Of a stretch of DNA of 46,712 nt, positions 17,956-26,971 are shown one piece after another. A program made the translations under genes and the position numbers. Each line of letters starts with the position of its first letter. The stretch's first letter is position 1. This DNA is from Vulcanimicrobiota bacterium (lineage in GTDB: Bacteria; Vulcanimicrobiota; Vulcanimicrobiia; Vulcanimicrobiales; Vulcanimicrobiaceae): the NCBI GenBank assembly GCA_003161555.1, contig PMOG01000180.1:1-46712 (forward strand), given 5' to 3'. Below the pieces are notes generated by a model that ran no database searches, was not told the DNA's origin, and was given only the letters and a program-made list of their open reading frames with translations.

Positions 17956-19098
17956 TCAGTGCGCCGTTATCGTGAAGGCCTGGCGGTACATGTAATGATC
18001 GGACGTCCCGTCCCCCGAGAATTTCGCGTAGTAGAGGTAACCGCTTTGGCCGGTGACCTCATCGGAGGGTTCGTTCGGGCTCACCAGCGTCGGATACCAG
18101 TTTTTCACGTCGTGACTGGTTGCGGTGCCGTCGGGCACGGGCGCGGGCAGCGCGACGATGCCGTGTGTCCAGTTAAGAAGATCGGGCGAGGTGAGCACGT
18201 AGATCCCGCCGTTCCCAACCGTCGCCATCAGGTACTGATTGAGGTAGGTGTTGAAGGACACGTGCGGCTGCCGCATGTCGCCGGGAGCGGTCGGATCGAG
18301 AACGATACCCAGCGGCGTGAACGAACCGCCGAGGCCGGCGGTGCTGAACGATCCCTGGGAGTATTTCTGCCAGCTCCCGGGCGCGCCGTCGCTGCTGACC
18401 GGCGCGCGGGCGATCCCGTAGCCGGCGACGGTGCTTTGGACGTCGATCTCACGAAAGATGACGTAGATGAAGCCGCCGGCTTCGACGGCGGTCGGGCCCA
18501 AAGCACCCGCACCCTGCGGTGCCTGCGTCGGTTGTTGGGGGTCGTGACCGGAGATGATTTCGCCTTGACGCTGCCACGACAGACCGCCGTCCTGCGAGCG
18601 CGCCAAGCCGAGGCCCGCGTAAAACGGTACGCCCGCATAGTCGACGCCGCTGAAGAGATGATTTTCGGCGTGATAGATCATCAGCAGATCGGTACCGTTT
18701 GCGGCGGGAAAGATGCTGCCCGGACCGGCGTAGTCGGCATCGAAGGCGGTCGTCCCCGCACCCGACGGCGCGAACACCATCGACGGCGCACCCAGCGAGA
18801 ACAGATCCGGCGTCCGAAAGAGATACGCGCCGTAGGTTCCGCCGCCGGATGCCCACAGCTTGAATGTCCCGTCGGATTGCCGCAGGAACGGCATATGTTC
18901 ATCCGGCGTGTATTGCAAGCCGGCCGACCCGGGCGGAATCACGTTCTGTTCGCCGCCGCTCAGGGTGAACGCCGTGAGCGTCAGCGGTGCCGCACTCGCC
19001 GTTGGTCGCGGGTTGGGTCCCGGAGCCGCACCCCCACCGCTCCCGCACGCGGCGAATGCGAATGAAAGAACGCCGGCTGCCAGACGAACGGCTACCAT
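17956..19098 (-). CDS. Lipoprotein with Asp-box/beta-propeller features (glycosidase-like), function unknown
   Basis: Lipobox FAAC; SQDGGLSW Asp-box, TSPDLLNW, MIYHAENH; start uncertain. Confidence 0.65.
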   Translation of the reverse strand: MVAVRLAAGVLSFAFAACGSGGGAAPGPNPRPTASAAPLTLTAFTLSGGEQNVIPPGSAGLQYTPDEHMPFLRQSDGTFKLWASGGGTYGAYLFRTPDLFSLGAPSMVFAPSGAGTTAFDADYAGPGSIFPAANGTDLLMIYHAENHLFSGVDYAGVPFYAGLGLARSQDGGLSWQRQGEIISGHDPQQPTQAPQGAGALGPTAVEAGGFIYVIFREIDVQSTVAGYGIARAPVSSDGAPGSWQKYSQGSFSTAGLGGSFTPLGIVLDPTAPGDMRQPHVSFNTYLNQYLMATVGNGGIYVLTSPDLLNWTHGIVALPAPVPDGTATSHDVKNWYPTLVSPNEPSDEVTGQSGYLYYAKFSGDGTSDHYMYRQAFTITAH

Positions 19099-19316
19099 GT
19101 GACGGTCACCCATGTCACGGTACGGCTCACGTTGCCGAAGGCTAAAGTCCTTTTGCGGCAGCATCTTTTAACCCGTACCTTCTGCAGCGATTACCAGTCC
19201 GGCGGGCGCTGCCGGCGGCGCGATACGACGACCGCGGCCGGCGTGCCGAGGGCGAGCCGCTCCGGCCGGGAGGCGGCGGTTCAAAAAAACTCGTAACCAC
19301 GCGGTCGACACGGCTC

Positions 19317-19403
19317 GGAGAGATGGCAGAGCGGTTGAATGCGGCGGTCTTGAAAACCGCTGGCCCTTCACGGGGCTCGTGGGTTCGAATCCCACTCTCT
19401 CCT
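19317..19403 (+). tRNA. tRNA-Ser(TGA)
   Basis: GGAGAGA/TCTCTCC acceptor stem, GCGGT-CT TGA AA-ACCGC anticodon arm, long variable arm, GGTTCGAATCC; CCA not encoded. Confidence 0.97.
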
Positions 19404-19412
19404 TTTACGTTG

Positions 19413-19463
19413 GGCTGCAACGTCGAAGACCCCCGCGCTTCGACGACGACTCGGTTGTGCAGC
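19413..19463. terminator. Stem-loop between tRNA-Ser and the convergent GNAT gene
   Basis: Nested inverted repeats GGCTGCA/TGCAGCC and CGTCGAAG/CTTCGACG; no U-tract. Confidence 0.45.
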
Positions 19464-19476
19464 CGAAGCGAGGGCG

Positions 19477-19995
19477 TTATGTCGCGAAGCGGGCGCGCTC
19501 GAACATGAGGGTCGGTGCATTATTGAATGTCGCGACGTGTGTTTCGGTGTAGCCGGCTTTTCCGGCGACGCGGATCGAGGCGGCGTTTTCGGGATTGATG
19601 AGACAGACGGTTCGCGCGGCAGGCAGATGCTGGTCGGCCCAGGTGAGCGCGGCGCGGACGCCTTCCGTCGCGTAGCCCTTTCCGTGGTGTGCGGAAGTGA
19701 GAACCCAGCCCATCTCCGGGAGACCCCGAATCGACGGTGTGATGTCGCGCTTGAAATCGGCGAACCCGATTTCGCCGACGAAAACGCCGCTCGATCGCTC
19801 CTCGACGGCCCAGTAGCCAAAGCCCCCGAGCGCCCAAAGGCCTGCATAGCTGAGGAGTCGCGACCAGGCTTGCTGTTCGGTCGACGGTGCGGGCAAGATG
19901 TGCCGGTACACCAGCGGGTCGGACCACATCGCCCTCGATGCCGCGAGGTCGTCCGCAACGTGCAGGCGCAAGCGCAGGCGATCTGTTTCGATCAT
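19477..19995 (-). CDS. RimJ/RimL-type GNAT acetyltransferase
   Basis: IETDRLRLR, GFGYWAVEE, EMGWVL....GKGYATE, I.PEN.AS.RVA.K.G. Confidence 0.92.
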   Translation of the reverse strand: MIETDRLRLRLHVADDLAASRAMWSDPLVYRHILPAPSTEQQAWSRLLSYAGLWALGGFGYWAVEERSSGVFVGEIGFADFKRDITPSIRGLPEMGWVLTSAHHGKGYATEGVRAALTWADQHLPAARTVCLINPENAASIRVAGKAGYTETHVATFNNAPTLMFERARFAT

Positions 19996-20072
19996 CGCCC
20001 ACGGTTCAACCGGGGAGCGTGGGGGCCCCTCGTGAAAGAGTGCGCTTCACCGCAGCTTCGTGAGGGGCGCCT

Positions 20073-20696
20073 GTGCTGTATAACGCGATCGCCGGACGGA
20101 ACCGCGCGCGGCTGGAAGCGCTCAGCGACGGTCTGTTCGCTTTCGCGATGACGTTGCTGGTGCTCGACTTGCGCGTTCCCAGCGCCTTCGGCGTCCGCAC
20201 GGACGGCGATCTGCTGCACGCGCTCGCGCATTTGGTGCCGCGTTTTGTTCCGTACCTGCTCAGCTTCATGACGCTCAGCATCTTCTGGATCGGTCAGCAG
20301 ACGCAGCTCAACGGGCTGACGCGGACGGATCGGAACCTGACCTGGCTGCACCTCGCGTTCCTGCTGCCGGTGACGCTGGTCCCGTTCTCGACCTCGCTGC
20401 TGGCCGAATTTCTCGATTCCCGCGTGGCCCTGGGGATCTACTGGCTGAACCTCTTTCTTCTCGGTGCGACGCTGTACGCGGGCTGGCGCTATGCGCGTCA
20501 CGCCGACTTGGTCAAAGCCGAACTGGATGAAGCCACCCGCGACAGCTTCGACCGCCGGATCATCATCGCGCAGTCCTTGTACGCGGTCGGAGCGACGCTC
20601 GCGCTGGTGAGCACGTACCTGGCGATTGCGGCGATCATCCTGATCCAGCTCAACTACGTCTTCGCGCCGCGCATACGTTGGCTTTACCGGCTGTGA
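20073..20696 (+). CDS. TMEM175/DUF1211 family (K+ channel-like) membrane protein
   Basis: RLEALSDGLFAFAMTLLVLDL, Y.LSF.....FW, PFSTSLL; 6 TMs. Confidence 0.88.
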   Translation: MLYNAIAGRNRARLEALSDGLFAFAMTLLVLDLRVPSAFGVRTDGDLLHALAHLVPRFVPYLLSFMTLSIFWIGQQTQLNGLTRTDRNLTWLHLAFLLPVTLVPFSTSLLAEFLDSRVALGIYWLNLFLLGATLYAGWRYARHADLVKAELDEATRDSFDRRIIIAQSLYAVGATLALVSTYLAIAAIILIQLNYVFAPRIRWLYRL

Positions 20697-21313
20697 GCGG
20701 TGCCGCGACGCCGGCGCAGCATCGCAAGATCGCACGCGTGGCGGGGGCGATTCTGTTCGGAATCGCGGCGGCCGAGGGCATTCCGTTCGTGCTCCTGCTG
20801 CCGAGCTTGTGGCGGGCGTTGGTGAAGCCGCAGTCGCTGGGCGCGATGATTGCCGCGGGCGCGATCGCGGTCGCCTACATCGTGGTGTCGGCCCGGAATC
20901 CGGGCGTGCGGCGGCATCTCGCCGACCGCTCGTGGCTACGCGTTCCGGCGGTGCTGGTCGCGGTGATCGCCGGCGTTTTCGAGGAAGTATTCTTCCGGCG
21001 CTGGTTCATGGACACGCTCCAAGCACACGGCGTCGGTATCGTCGGGCAGGTGCTGCTCTCGGGCGCATTCTTCGGGGCCGTCCACGCGGTGTGGGGATTT
21101 CGAGCCGGTTGGGGCGTTGCGGGCAGCGTCGCCGGCGTGACCGGAGCGCTCGGGACCGCGCTGGCCATCTTATATGCTGCCGACGGCCGCGTGGTCGTGC
21201 CCTGCATCGTCGCCCACGTCATCATCGATCTGGTCCTCGAGCCGGCGCTGATCCTCAACGCCGTCGAGGCCGGGTTCGCGCGCCGGAACAGCTGGTGGGT
21301 GGAGCCGGGCTGA
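20693..21313 (+). CDS. CPBP (CAAX/Abi) intramembrane glutamic endopeptidase
   Basis: EEVFFR, FGAVH and H...D motifs; GTGA-coupled. Confidence 0.85.
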   Translation: MSGAATPAQHRKIARVAGAILFGIAAAEGIPFVLLLPSLWRALVKPQSLGAMIAAGAIAVAYIVVSARNPGVRRHLADRSWLRVPAVLVAVIAGVFEEVFFRRWFMDTLQAHGVGIVGQVLLSGAFFGAVHAVWGFRAGWGVAGSVAGVTGALGTALAILYAADGRVVVPCIVAHVIIDLVLEPALILNAVEAGFARRNSWWVEPG

Positions 21314-21343
21314 AGTCGCGCCGCGCACGCGGAATCGAGCCGA

Positions 21344-21856
21344 ATGAACGACATGCGAGGTTTCGCTCCGCGGTTCGTCACCGCTGATTTGGTCGACGCC
21401 TATCCCGACCGTGTGCAGGGCTGCGATGTGCAGTTCCGTCAGTTCGGGGGCCGGCGCGCATTTGCGGGCCCGATTCGTACCGTCCGCACCTTCGAAGACA
21501 ACGCCCTCGTGCGGCGCGTGCTTTCCACCGACGGGGGCGGCGCAGTGCTGGTCGTCGACGGCGGCGCCTCGTTGCGGGTCGCGCTCGTCGGCGACATGAT
21601 CGCGGCGCTGGGCGTCGCGCATGGCTGGGCGGGCTTGGTGATCTACGCAGCGGTGCGTGACAGCGCGGCGCTGGCGCAGCTCGAGATCGGGGTCAAGGCG
21701 CTCGGTACCAATCCGCTCAAGAGCGCGAAGAACGCGACCGGCGAGATCGACGTCCCGGTTACCTTCGGCGGCGTGACCTTCGAACCGGGCGCGATGCTGT
21801 ACAGCGACGATGACGGAATTCTGGTCAGCGCGACGGCGCTCGAACCGCCGGTGTGA
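21344..21856 (+). CDS. rraA: RraA family (RNase E regulator / HMG aldolase-like)
   Basis: TADLVD, FGGR..F.G.I.TV..FEDN, VLVVDGG.S.R.AL.GD, VRD, LY.D.DGI. Confidence 0.92.
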   Translation: MNDMRGFAPRFVTADLVDAYPDRVQGCDVQFRQFGGRRAFAGPIRTVRTFEDNALVRRVLSTDGGGAVLVVDGGASLRVALVGDMIAALGVAHGWAGLVIYAAVRDSAALAQLEIGVKALGTNPLKSAKNATGEIDVPVTFGGVTFEPGAMLYSDDDGILVSATALEPPV

Positions 21857-22455
21857 GCGGCAGCCGCGCGGCGCTGCTCGAGGAACTTCGCGCGTACACC
21901 GCCGCCGACGCGCGCGAAGCGCAGATGCAGCGGTGCATGATCGCCTTCGTCGCGTCGCACGATGACGCGTGCGCGCGTACGCTGACGGCGGGGCACGTCA
22001 CCGCCTCGGCTTGGATCGTCGATCCGTCGCGCACGCGCGCGCTGCTGACGCAGCACCGAAAGCTCGGCAAGTGGCTGCAGCTCGGCGGCCATCTCGAGGG
22101 CGACGCCGACGTTCGCGCCGCCGCGCTGCGCGAAGCGCAAGAAGAATCGGGGCTGCGTTCGCTGCGCTTCGCGAGCGGTAAAATCTACGACCTCGACGTG
22201 CACGCGATTCCCGCGCGTGGGACCGAACCCGCGCACGATCACCACGACGTCCGGTTTGCGTTCGAAGCCGATCCGGACGAGCCGTTGATCGTCAGCGGTG
22301 AATCGCGGCGCCTGGCGTGGGTCGCGCTGGACGAACTGGGGCGCTACGGCGTCGACGAATCGGTGGTGCGCTTGGCGCGGAAAACGAGGCTACTCCGCAC
22401 CGCTGCCGGGCGCGGCGGTACGGATGTCGCCGCTCGGGTAAGGGACGACGCATGA
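21853..22455 (+). CDS. NUDIX hydrolase
   Basis: [24 protein letters not shown]...[12 protein letters not shown] (Nudix box). Confidence 0.92.
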   Translation: MSGSRAALLEELRAYTAADAREAQMQRCMIAFVASHDDACARTLTAGHVTASAWIVDPSRTRALLTQHRKLGKWLQLGGHLEGDADVRAAALREAQEESGLRSLRFASGKIYDLDVHAIPARGTEPAHDHHDVRFAFEADPDEPLIVSGESRRLAWVALDELGRYGVDESVVRLARKTRLLRTAAGRGGTDVAARVRDDA

Positions 22456-22751
22456 GAGGGCGCTTCGAGTTCTCGTTTCACACGGTCGCGGCCGGCGACG
22501 CGGCCCACGCCGAGGTCGATCCCACCCTCGCGCTGCTCGGCGCGCAAGGCTGGGAAGTGCGCGCCGCAACCGCGCTGCGCGACCAGACCGTGATGCTGGT
22601 GCTGCAGCGGCCGCTCGACGAAGAGCCCCCGTTGGCCGATGCGGAGACGCTTTCATCGGCGCTTGCGATCCCGCTGGCCGCACCGACGCGCGAAGAACTC
22701 GCGCGCGAACTGCCGTCGGCCGGCGACGTCGAGGGCGCCGGCGCGACGTAG
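22452..22751 (+). CDS. Small hypothetical protein (DUF4177-like LGAQGWE motif)
   Basis: ATGA overlap with the NUDIX stop; L..LGAQGWEV motif. Confidence 0.6.
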   Translation: MRGRFEFSFHTVAAGDAAHAEVDPTLALLGAQGWEVRAATALRDQTVMLVLQRPLDEEPPLADAETLSSALAIPLAAPTREELARELPSAGDVEGAGAT

Positions 22752-24064
22752 CGCAGCTCCGGCAGCGCGAGCGCGCGGTCGAGCTGCGGATCGGCGCCGG
22801 GTTCGCCCGGGTGTGCATCCGCGGGTTCGGAGACGACGACGTCGGGGATGATACCGGTGCCCTCGATGTCGCGGCCGGCCGGCGTGCGATAGCTTGCGGT
22901 GGTCAGTTTGATCGCGCCGCCGTCCGGCAGCGGAAACGTTTCCTGCACCAGGCCTTTGCCGAACGTCTTCGTCCCGACCAGCGTGCCCGCGTGGTCGTCT
23001 TGTATCGCTCCGGCGACGATCTCCGCGGCCGAGGCGGTGTTGCCGTCGACCAGTACGGCCAACGGCGCATCGATCAGCGGCGTCGACGTCTTCGCCGCGA
23101 AGATCGCCGGGTTGCCGGTGCGCTCGGCAATCGTGACGACGGTGCCGCGGACGAAGTGCGATGCGACCGCGATCGCATCGTCGCGATACCCGCCGCCGTT
23201 CGCGCGCAGGTCGAGCACGTACGCGCGTGCCGCTTTGGCGCGCAGACCGCTCAGCACGGTGTCGAGTTCGCGCGCCGACTGCGCGCCGAACGAGCGCAGC
23301 CGCACGTACCCGATGCCGCCGGGCAGCACGCGTCCGGTCACGTCCGGCGCCACGATCGCGCGGCGTACCAGCGTGAGCGGCGGACGCGCCGCGCCGTCGC
23401 GTGTCGTCTCGAGCACGACGGTCGTGCCGGCGGCACCGCGCAGCGCCGTCCCCACCAGCACCGCGGTGGCGCCGGGCGGCTTGCCGTCGATCGCGACGAT
23501 CGTGTCGCCGGCTGCCAAACCCGCCGTCGCCGCCGGGCTGTTATCGAACACGTCGACGACGCGCACGCTGTGCGTCTGCGGGTCGACGTCGAGCTCGGCG
23601 CCGATGCCGGCCTGCGCTTTGCCGTCGAGGAAGCCGACGAACTGCTTGTACGCGACGGGTTCGAAGAGCACGCTGTACGGATCGTGCAGCACGGCCAACT
23701 CGCCCGCCAGCGTCGCATCGACCAGCTCGGCCGTTCGCACGCGTTGCGGATAACGCGCGATCGCGAGCGCGACGTCGCGCGCAATTGCGTTCTCAGCACC
23801 GTACCGGTCGCTGTGCGGCGAGGCGAGCGGAATCGCGGGGTTCGCAACCCCGCGATTGCGCAAGTAGGCGACGATCCCGCTGCGCGCGCCGCTCAAGAGC
23901 AGCGCCGGATCGACCGGTTTGTAGTAACGCGCCATGATCGTCGTAAAGCCGATCTCGAGCGCGATCACGTCCAGTGCCGAGAGCGATGCCGGAGCCGCTG
24001 CAGCGGCCGTGCCCGGCGGCGGAAGAAGGGAGACCAGGACAGCCAAGACCACGAATGCGCGCAC
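22478..24064 (-). CDS. S41 family C-terminal processing protease (CtpA-like) with a long run-on C-terminus
   Basis: Signal peptide from GTG 24064, DPYS, PDZ (GIG, SPA..AGL..GD), DLRANGGG, TASAAEI, TFGKG.VQ, GI.PD, DPQL..A. Confidence 0.9.
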   Translation of the reverse strand: MRAFVVLAVLVSLLPPPGTAAAAAPASLSALDVIALEIGFTTIMARYYKPVDPALLLSGARSGIVAYLRNRGVANPAIPLASPHSDRYGAENAIARDVALAIARYPQRVRTAELVDATLAGELAVLHDPYSVLFEPVAYKQFVGFLDGKAQAGIGAELDVDPQTHSVRVVDVFDNSPAATAGLAAGDTIVAIDGKPPGATAVLVGTALRGAAGTTVVLETTRDGAARPPLTLVRRAIVAPDVTGRVLPGGIGYVRLRSFGAQSARELDTVLSGLRAKAARAYVLDLRANGGGYRDDAIAVASHFVRGTVVTIAERTGNPAIFAAKTSTPLIDAPLAVLVDGNTASAAEIVAGAIQDDHAGTLVGTKTFGKGLVQETFPLPDGGAIKLTTASYRTPAGRDIEGTGIIPDVVVSEPADAHPGEPGADPQLDRALALPELRYVAPAPSTSPADGSSRASSSRVGAASGIASADESVSASANGGSSSSGRCSTSITVWSRSAVAARTSQPCAPSSARVGSTSAWAASPAATV

Positions 24065-24096
24065 CGTGTCCGCTTCGCGATGGGTACGATGAGGCC

Positions 24097-24216
24097 ATGG
24101 CAAAGAAGCGTTGGTCGCAGTACGTGACCGAAACCAGCGACGCGCTCGACATCGAAAACGGGACCGCGGCCAAGGGTGAACTCCGCGCGGGGTTCGGAAA
24201 GCCGCCGGCGCGCTGA
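24097..24216 (+). pseudogene. Internally deleted DUF3175-family gene (39 aa)
   Basis: MAKKRWSQYVTETSDALDIENG joined directly to AAKGELRAGFGK, resembling the two ends of DUF3175 proteins as recalled. Confidence 0.6.
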
Positions 24217-24255
24217 ACGCGGGACGCATCGCAGCGTTTGCGGAAACGTCCGGAC

Positions 24256-25629
24256 GTGCGGATTCTGCCCGCTCTCTGCGTGTTTGCGGTCGCGCTACTG
24301 CTGTGCGCCGGCCTTACGAAGCGTCACGCCGTCTCGTGGAACGACGGTTCGCGCCTGGCGACCGTCGACGCGCTTGCCTCCGACCACACCTTTGCGATCG
24401 ACGGCTCACCGTACGGGGCCGCGACCGGCGACAAGATTCGTGTGCGCGGGCGCACATTTTCCGACAAGCCCCCGCTGCTTGCGCTGATGGGCGCGGGCGT
24501 CGGCGCCGCGCTGCAGCCGCTCGGGCTCGGGTTGCGCGCGAAGCCGGCGGTCGCGATCTATCTGGTCACGCTCTTGACGGTCGGAGTCTGGTTCGCGCTC
24601 GGATGTACCTATGCGTTCGCCTTTCAGCGCAAGCTGGGATTTGACGAGCGCCGATCGGTGGCGGTTGCTGCGGCGACCGGACTCGCGACGCTGGTGTTGC
24701 CGTACGCAACCGTGCTCGCCAATCACGTTCCGGCCGGTGCGGCGGGCCTGGCCGGCTTCTACCACCTGACGTTCGAACGCGACCGGGCGCGCGGATTGCT
24801 GCTGGGCGGCCTCTTCTTGAGCTTAGCGTACGCGTTCGACCCGGCGGCAGTCGTATTCGTGGTTCTGGCTATCGTGATGCTGGCCGGCCTTCCACCGGCG
24901 CGTCTACTGCTGTTCGGGCTGGGCCTGCTGCCGATCGTGATCGCGCAACTCGCCTACAACGTCGATATCACCGGCAGCCCACTGCCTCCGATCTTCAACC
25001 CTGCGGTCTGGAACGATCGTTCGCTGCCGGAATATCAGCCGCTCTCGACGCCGGTGGTCGGATTCTATTCACCGGCGCAATACCTCAAGTTCGTCTTCGA
25101 TCTGCTGCTGGGAAACAAAGGATTGTTCGTGTTCACGCCGCTGGCCGCGGTCTGCGTGTACGGCCTGGTCGTGATGTGGAAACAGGGTACGCAGAGGCGG
25201 CGTCTCGCCCTCGCCATCGCAGCCACGTGGCTCACGTTGTTCTTGCTGATCGTCTTCTTTCAGAACGATGAAGGCTCGCGGAACTTCGGCGAGCGGCGGT
25301 ACGTCGACGTCTTCTTCGTGGCGTGCACGTCGCTCGGCGTTGCGTTCGGGGCCGTGCGCGGTGCTCTGGCGGCGACGGCGGTACGGCTGGCGGTCGGGGC
25401 GTCGCTGCTCATCGCGGGGCTGGGCGCGATCGCGCCCTTCGGTGGGCTCGCGGGGCAGGGCGGTTTCGCATACGCGTCGGCGGAGTTCGTCCGGATCGCG
25501 CTGCGAAACCGCTCGCAGGCGATCGAAGACGTGCTCGGCATTAGCCTGGTGCTGGTGCTGGTACTGTGGCTCATGCGGGGCGCGGTGATTGGGCCGATCG
25601 CGCCGCGAGGAGCATCGACGAGCCCGTAA
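24256..25629 (+). CDS. Polytopic membrane protein, GT-C-like glycosyltransferase candidate
   Basis: About 11-12 TMs; WNDGSR and SDKPP in the first external loop, GLFVFTP, FGERRY; start uncertain (24238/24256). Confidence 0.6.
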   Translation: MRILPALCVFAVALLLCAGLTKRHAVSWNDGSRLATVDALASDHTFAIDGSPYGAATGDKIRVRGRTFSDKPPLLALMGAGVGAALQPLGLGLRAKPAVAIYLVTLLTVGVWFALGCTYAFAFQRKLGFDERRSVAVAAATGLATLVLPYATVLANHVPAGAAGLAGFYHLTFERDRARGLLLGGLFLSLAYAFDPAAVVFVVLAIVMLAGLPPARLLLFGLGLLPIVIAQLAYNVDITGSPLPPIFNPAVWNDRSLPEYQPLSTPVVGFYSPAQYLKFVFDLLLGNKGLFVFTPLAAVCVYGLVVMWKQGTQRRRLALAIAATWLTLFLLIVFFQNDEGSRNFGERRYVDVFFVACTSLGVAFGAVRGALAATAVRLAVGASLLIAGLGAIAPFGGLAGQGGFAYASAEFVRIALRNRSQAIEDVLGISLVLVLVLWLMRGAVIGPIAPRGASTSP

Positions 25630-26971
25630 GCAGTAGCAGTCCGCTCCAGGTCGCGACCTTCACCGCAAAGTGGAACGGATCGCGCGTGCTCTCGGCATGC
25701 GTCGCTTCGGCGCCGGACACGGTCGCGAGTTCGCCGGCCGGCCGCGCTGCGAGCGCGAGCACCGGAGGCGGCCCGGTGAGATGATTCTCGATCGGAATGA
25801 GGACCAGCCAGCAGCACGCTGCCGCGGCGAGCGTGCGCACGATCGACCCGCGGGTGAGGTACCAGGTCAGCACGCCGACGATCAGCAGCGCGGCCGGCAG
25901 CAGTTGTTTGAGTGTGGCCGGGTAGGGCCACGGAATCGCCAGCAGGACGATCGCAAACGCGATCGCCCCTCGCAGGCGCGGGGAGTCCGCGTCCCGCAGC
26001 GCCAGGAGCGCCGCGGGAATCGCGAGCGCGACTTGCGCCAGGTGGACGTAGGTCCCCCCAACGATCGCCGCAGCGGCCGGAAGATACACGACGTAGGCGT
26101 CGCCGCGGACGCGAGCGCGGCGCGCCAGAATCGTCGCGACGACGAGCATCGCGAGGGTTGATACGGCGCCGGCCGCGAGGGCCGCGCGCACCGGCAGACC
26201 CGCATACGACAAGACGTAGGCCAGACTGAACTGTTCCTTTGACGTGACTTCGCTGAGCGCTTGCAGCGGCAGGTCCTGCAGCACGTACGTGATCTGCGCT
26301 TCCAACCCGGTCACCGCGACCGCGAGCAGCGCGAGCACGGCGAGGCCGGCCGCGATCGTGAGGCGCGCGCCGGCAACGGCGTACGCTAGGGCCGCGCACA
26401 CGAAGAGGCCGACATGCGGTTCGATGCAGGTTAGGGCTGCAAGCGCGCCCGCCAAACGTTCGCGCCGCGCGCGCAGGGCGGCCGCGGTCGCCGCCACGGC
26501 CAGCAGCTCGAACGGCACGACTTGACCGAGCACGAGCGAGGGCAGGCCGGCGGAGAGGACCAGCGCCGCGCTCGTCATCGCCGGCGGAGCCCCGGTCGTG
26601 CGCGCGATCAGCACGACGGCGCCGGCCAGCGCGGCGCAGAGTGCGAGCACGTACACCACGGCGGCCGCGTCGAACGGCAGCCGCGCCAGTGCAGCGAGCG
26701 GCGCGAGGTCGTATCCGGGTAGCACCCAGGCCAGGACCAGATTCGGAGTGCGAGCGAGCAGCGGGGTCGGGTGGGCGTGTTCGCAGCTCCGAATCGGCTC
26801 GACCCGATACGCATCGGCGCGCGCATCAACCGCCGCGCCGGCGCAATAGCTCACGCGAAAGTCCAACAACTGGTACTCGGGACGGACGAGCTCGGTGCGG
26901 CTGAGGTCGAACAACGCGATCGACGTGGTCGCGATCAGCAGTATGGTGAGAAAAGCGCGCTTGCGCGTCAT
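25571..26971 (-). CDS. GT87/DUF2029-like membrane glycosyltransferase
   Basis: DFRVSYCAG after TM1, L..LP...A, LGQ, EPH in place of the usual KP; many TMs. Confidence 0.65.
   Translation of the reverse strand: MTRKRAFLTILLIATTSIALFDLSRTELVRPEYQLLDFRVSYCAGAAVDARADAYRVEPIRSCEHAHPTPLLARTPNLVLAWVLPGYDLAPLAALARLPFDAAAVVYVLALCAALAGAVVLIARTTGAPPAMTSAALVLSAGLPSLVLGQVVPFELLAVAATAAALRARRERLAGALAALTCIEPHVGLFVCAALAYAVAGARLTIAAGLAVLALLAVAVTGLEAQITYVLQDLPLQALSEVTSKEQFSLAYVLSYAGLPVRAALAAGAVSTLAMLVVATILARRARVRGDAYVVYLPAAAAIVGGTYVHLAQVALAIPAALLALRDADSPRLRGAIAFAIVLLAIPWPYPATLKQLLPAALLIVGVLTWYLTRGSIVRTLAAAACCWLVLIPIENHLTGPPPVLALAARPAGELATVSGAEATHAESTRDPFHFAVKVATWSGLLLLTGSSMLLAARSAQSPRPA

Noticed and set aside
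19256-19290. Hairpin followed by an A7 run before the tRNA as a terminator
   Set aside because: The tract is on the wrong side of the stem to give a U-tail on either strand
13826-21313. Genomic island or prophage at tRNA-Ser
   Set aside because: No integrase, transposase, phage gene or att-like duplication was seen
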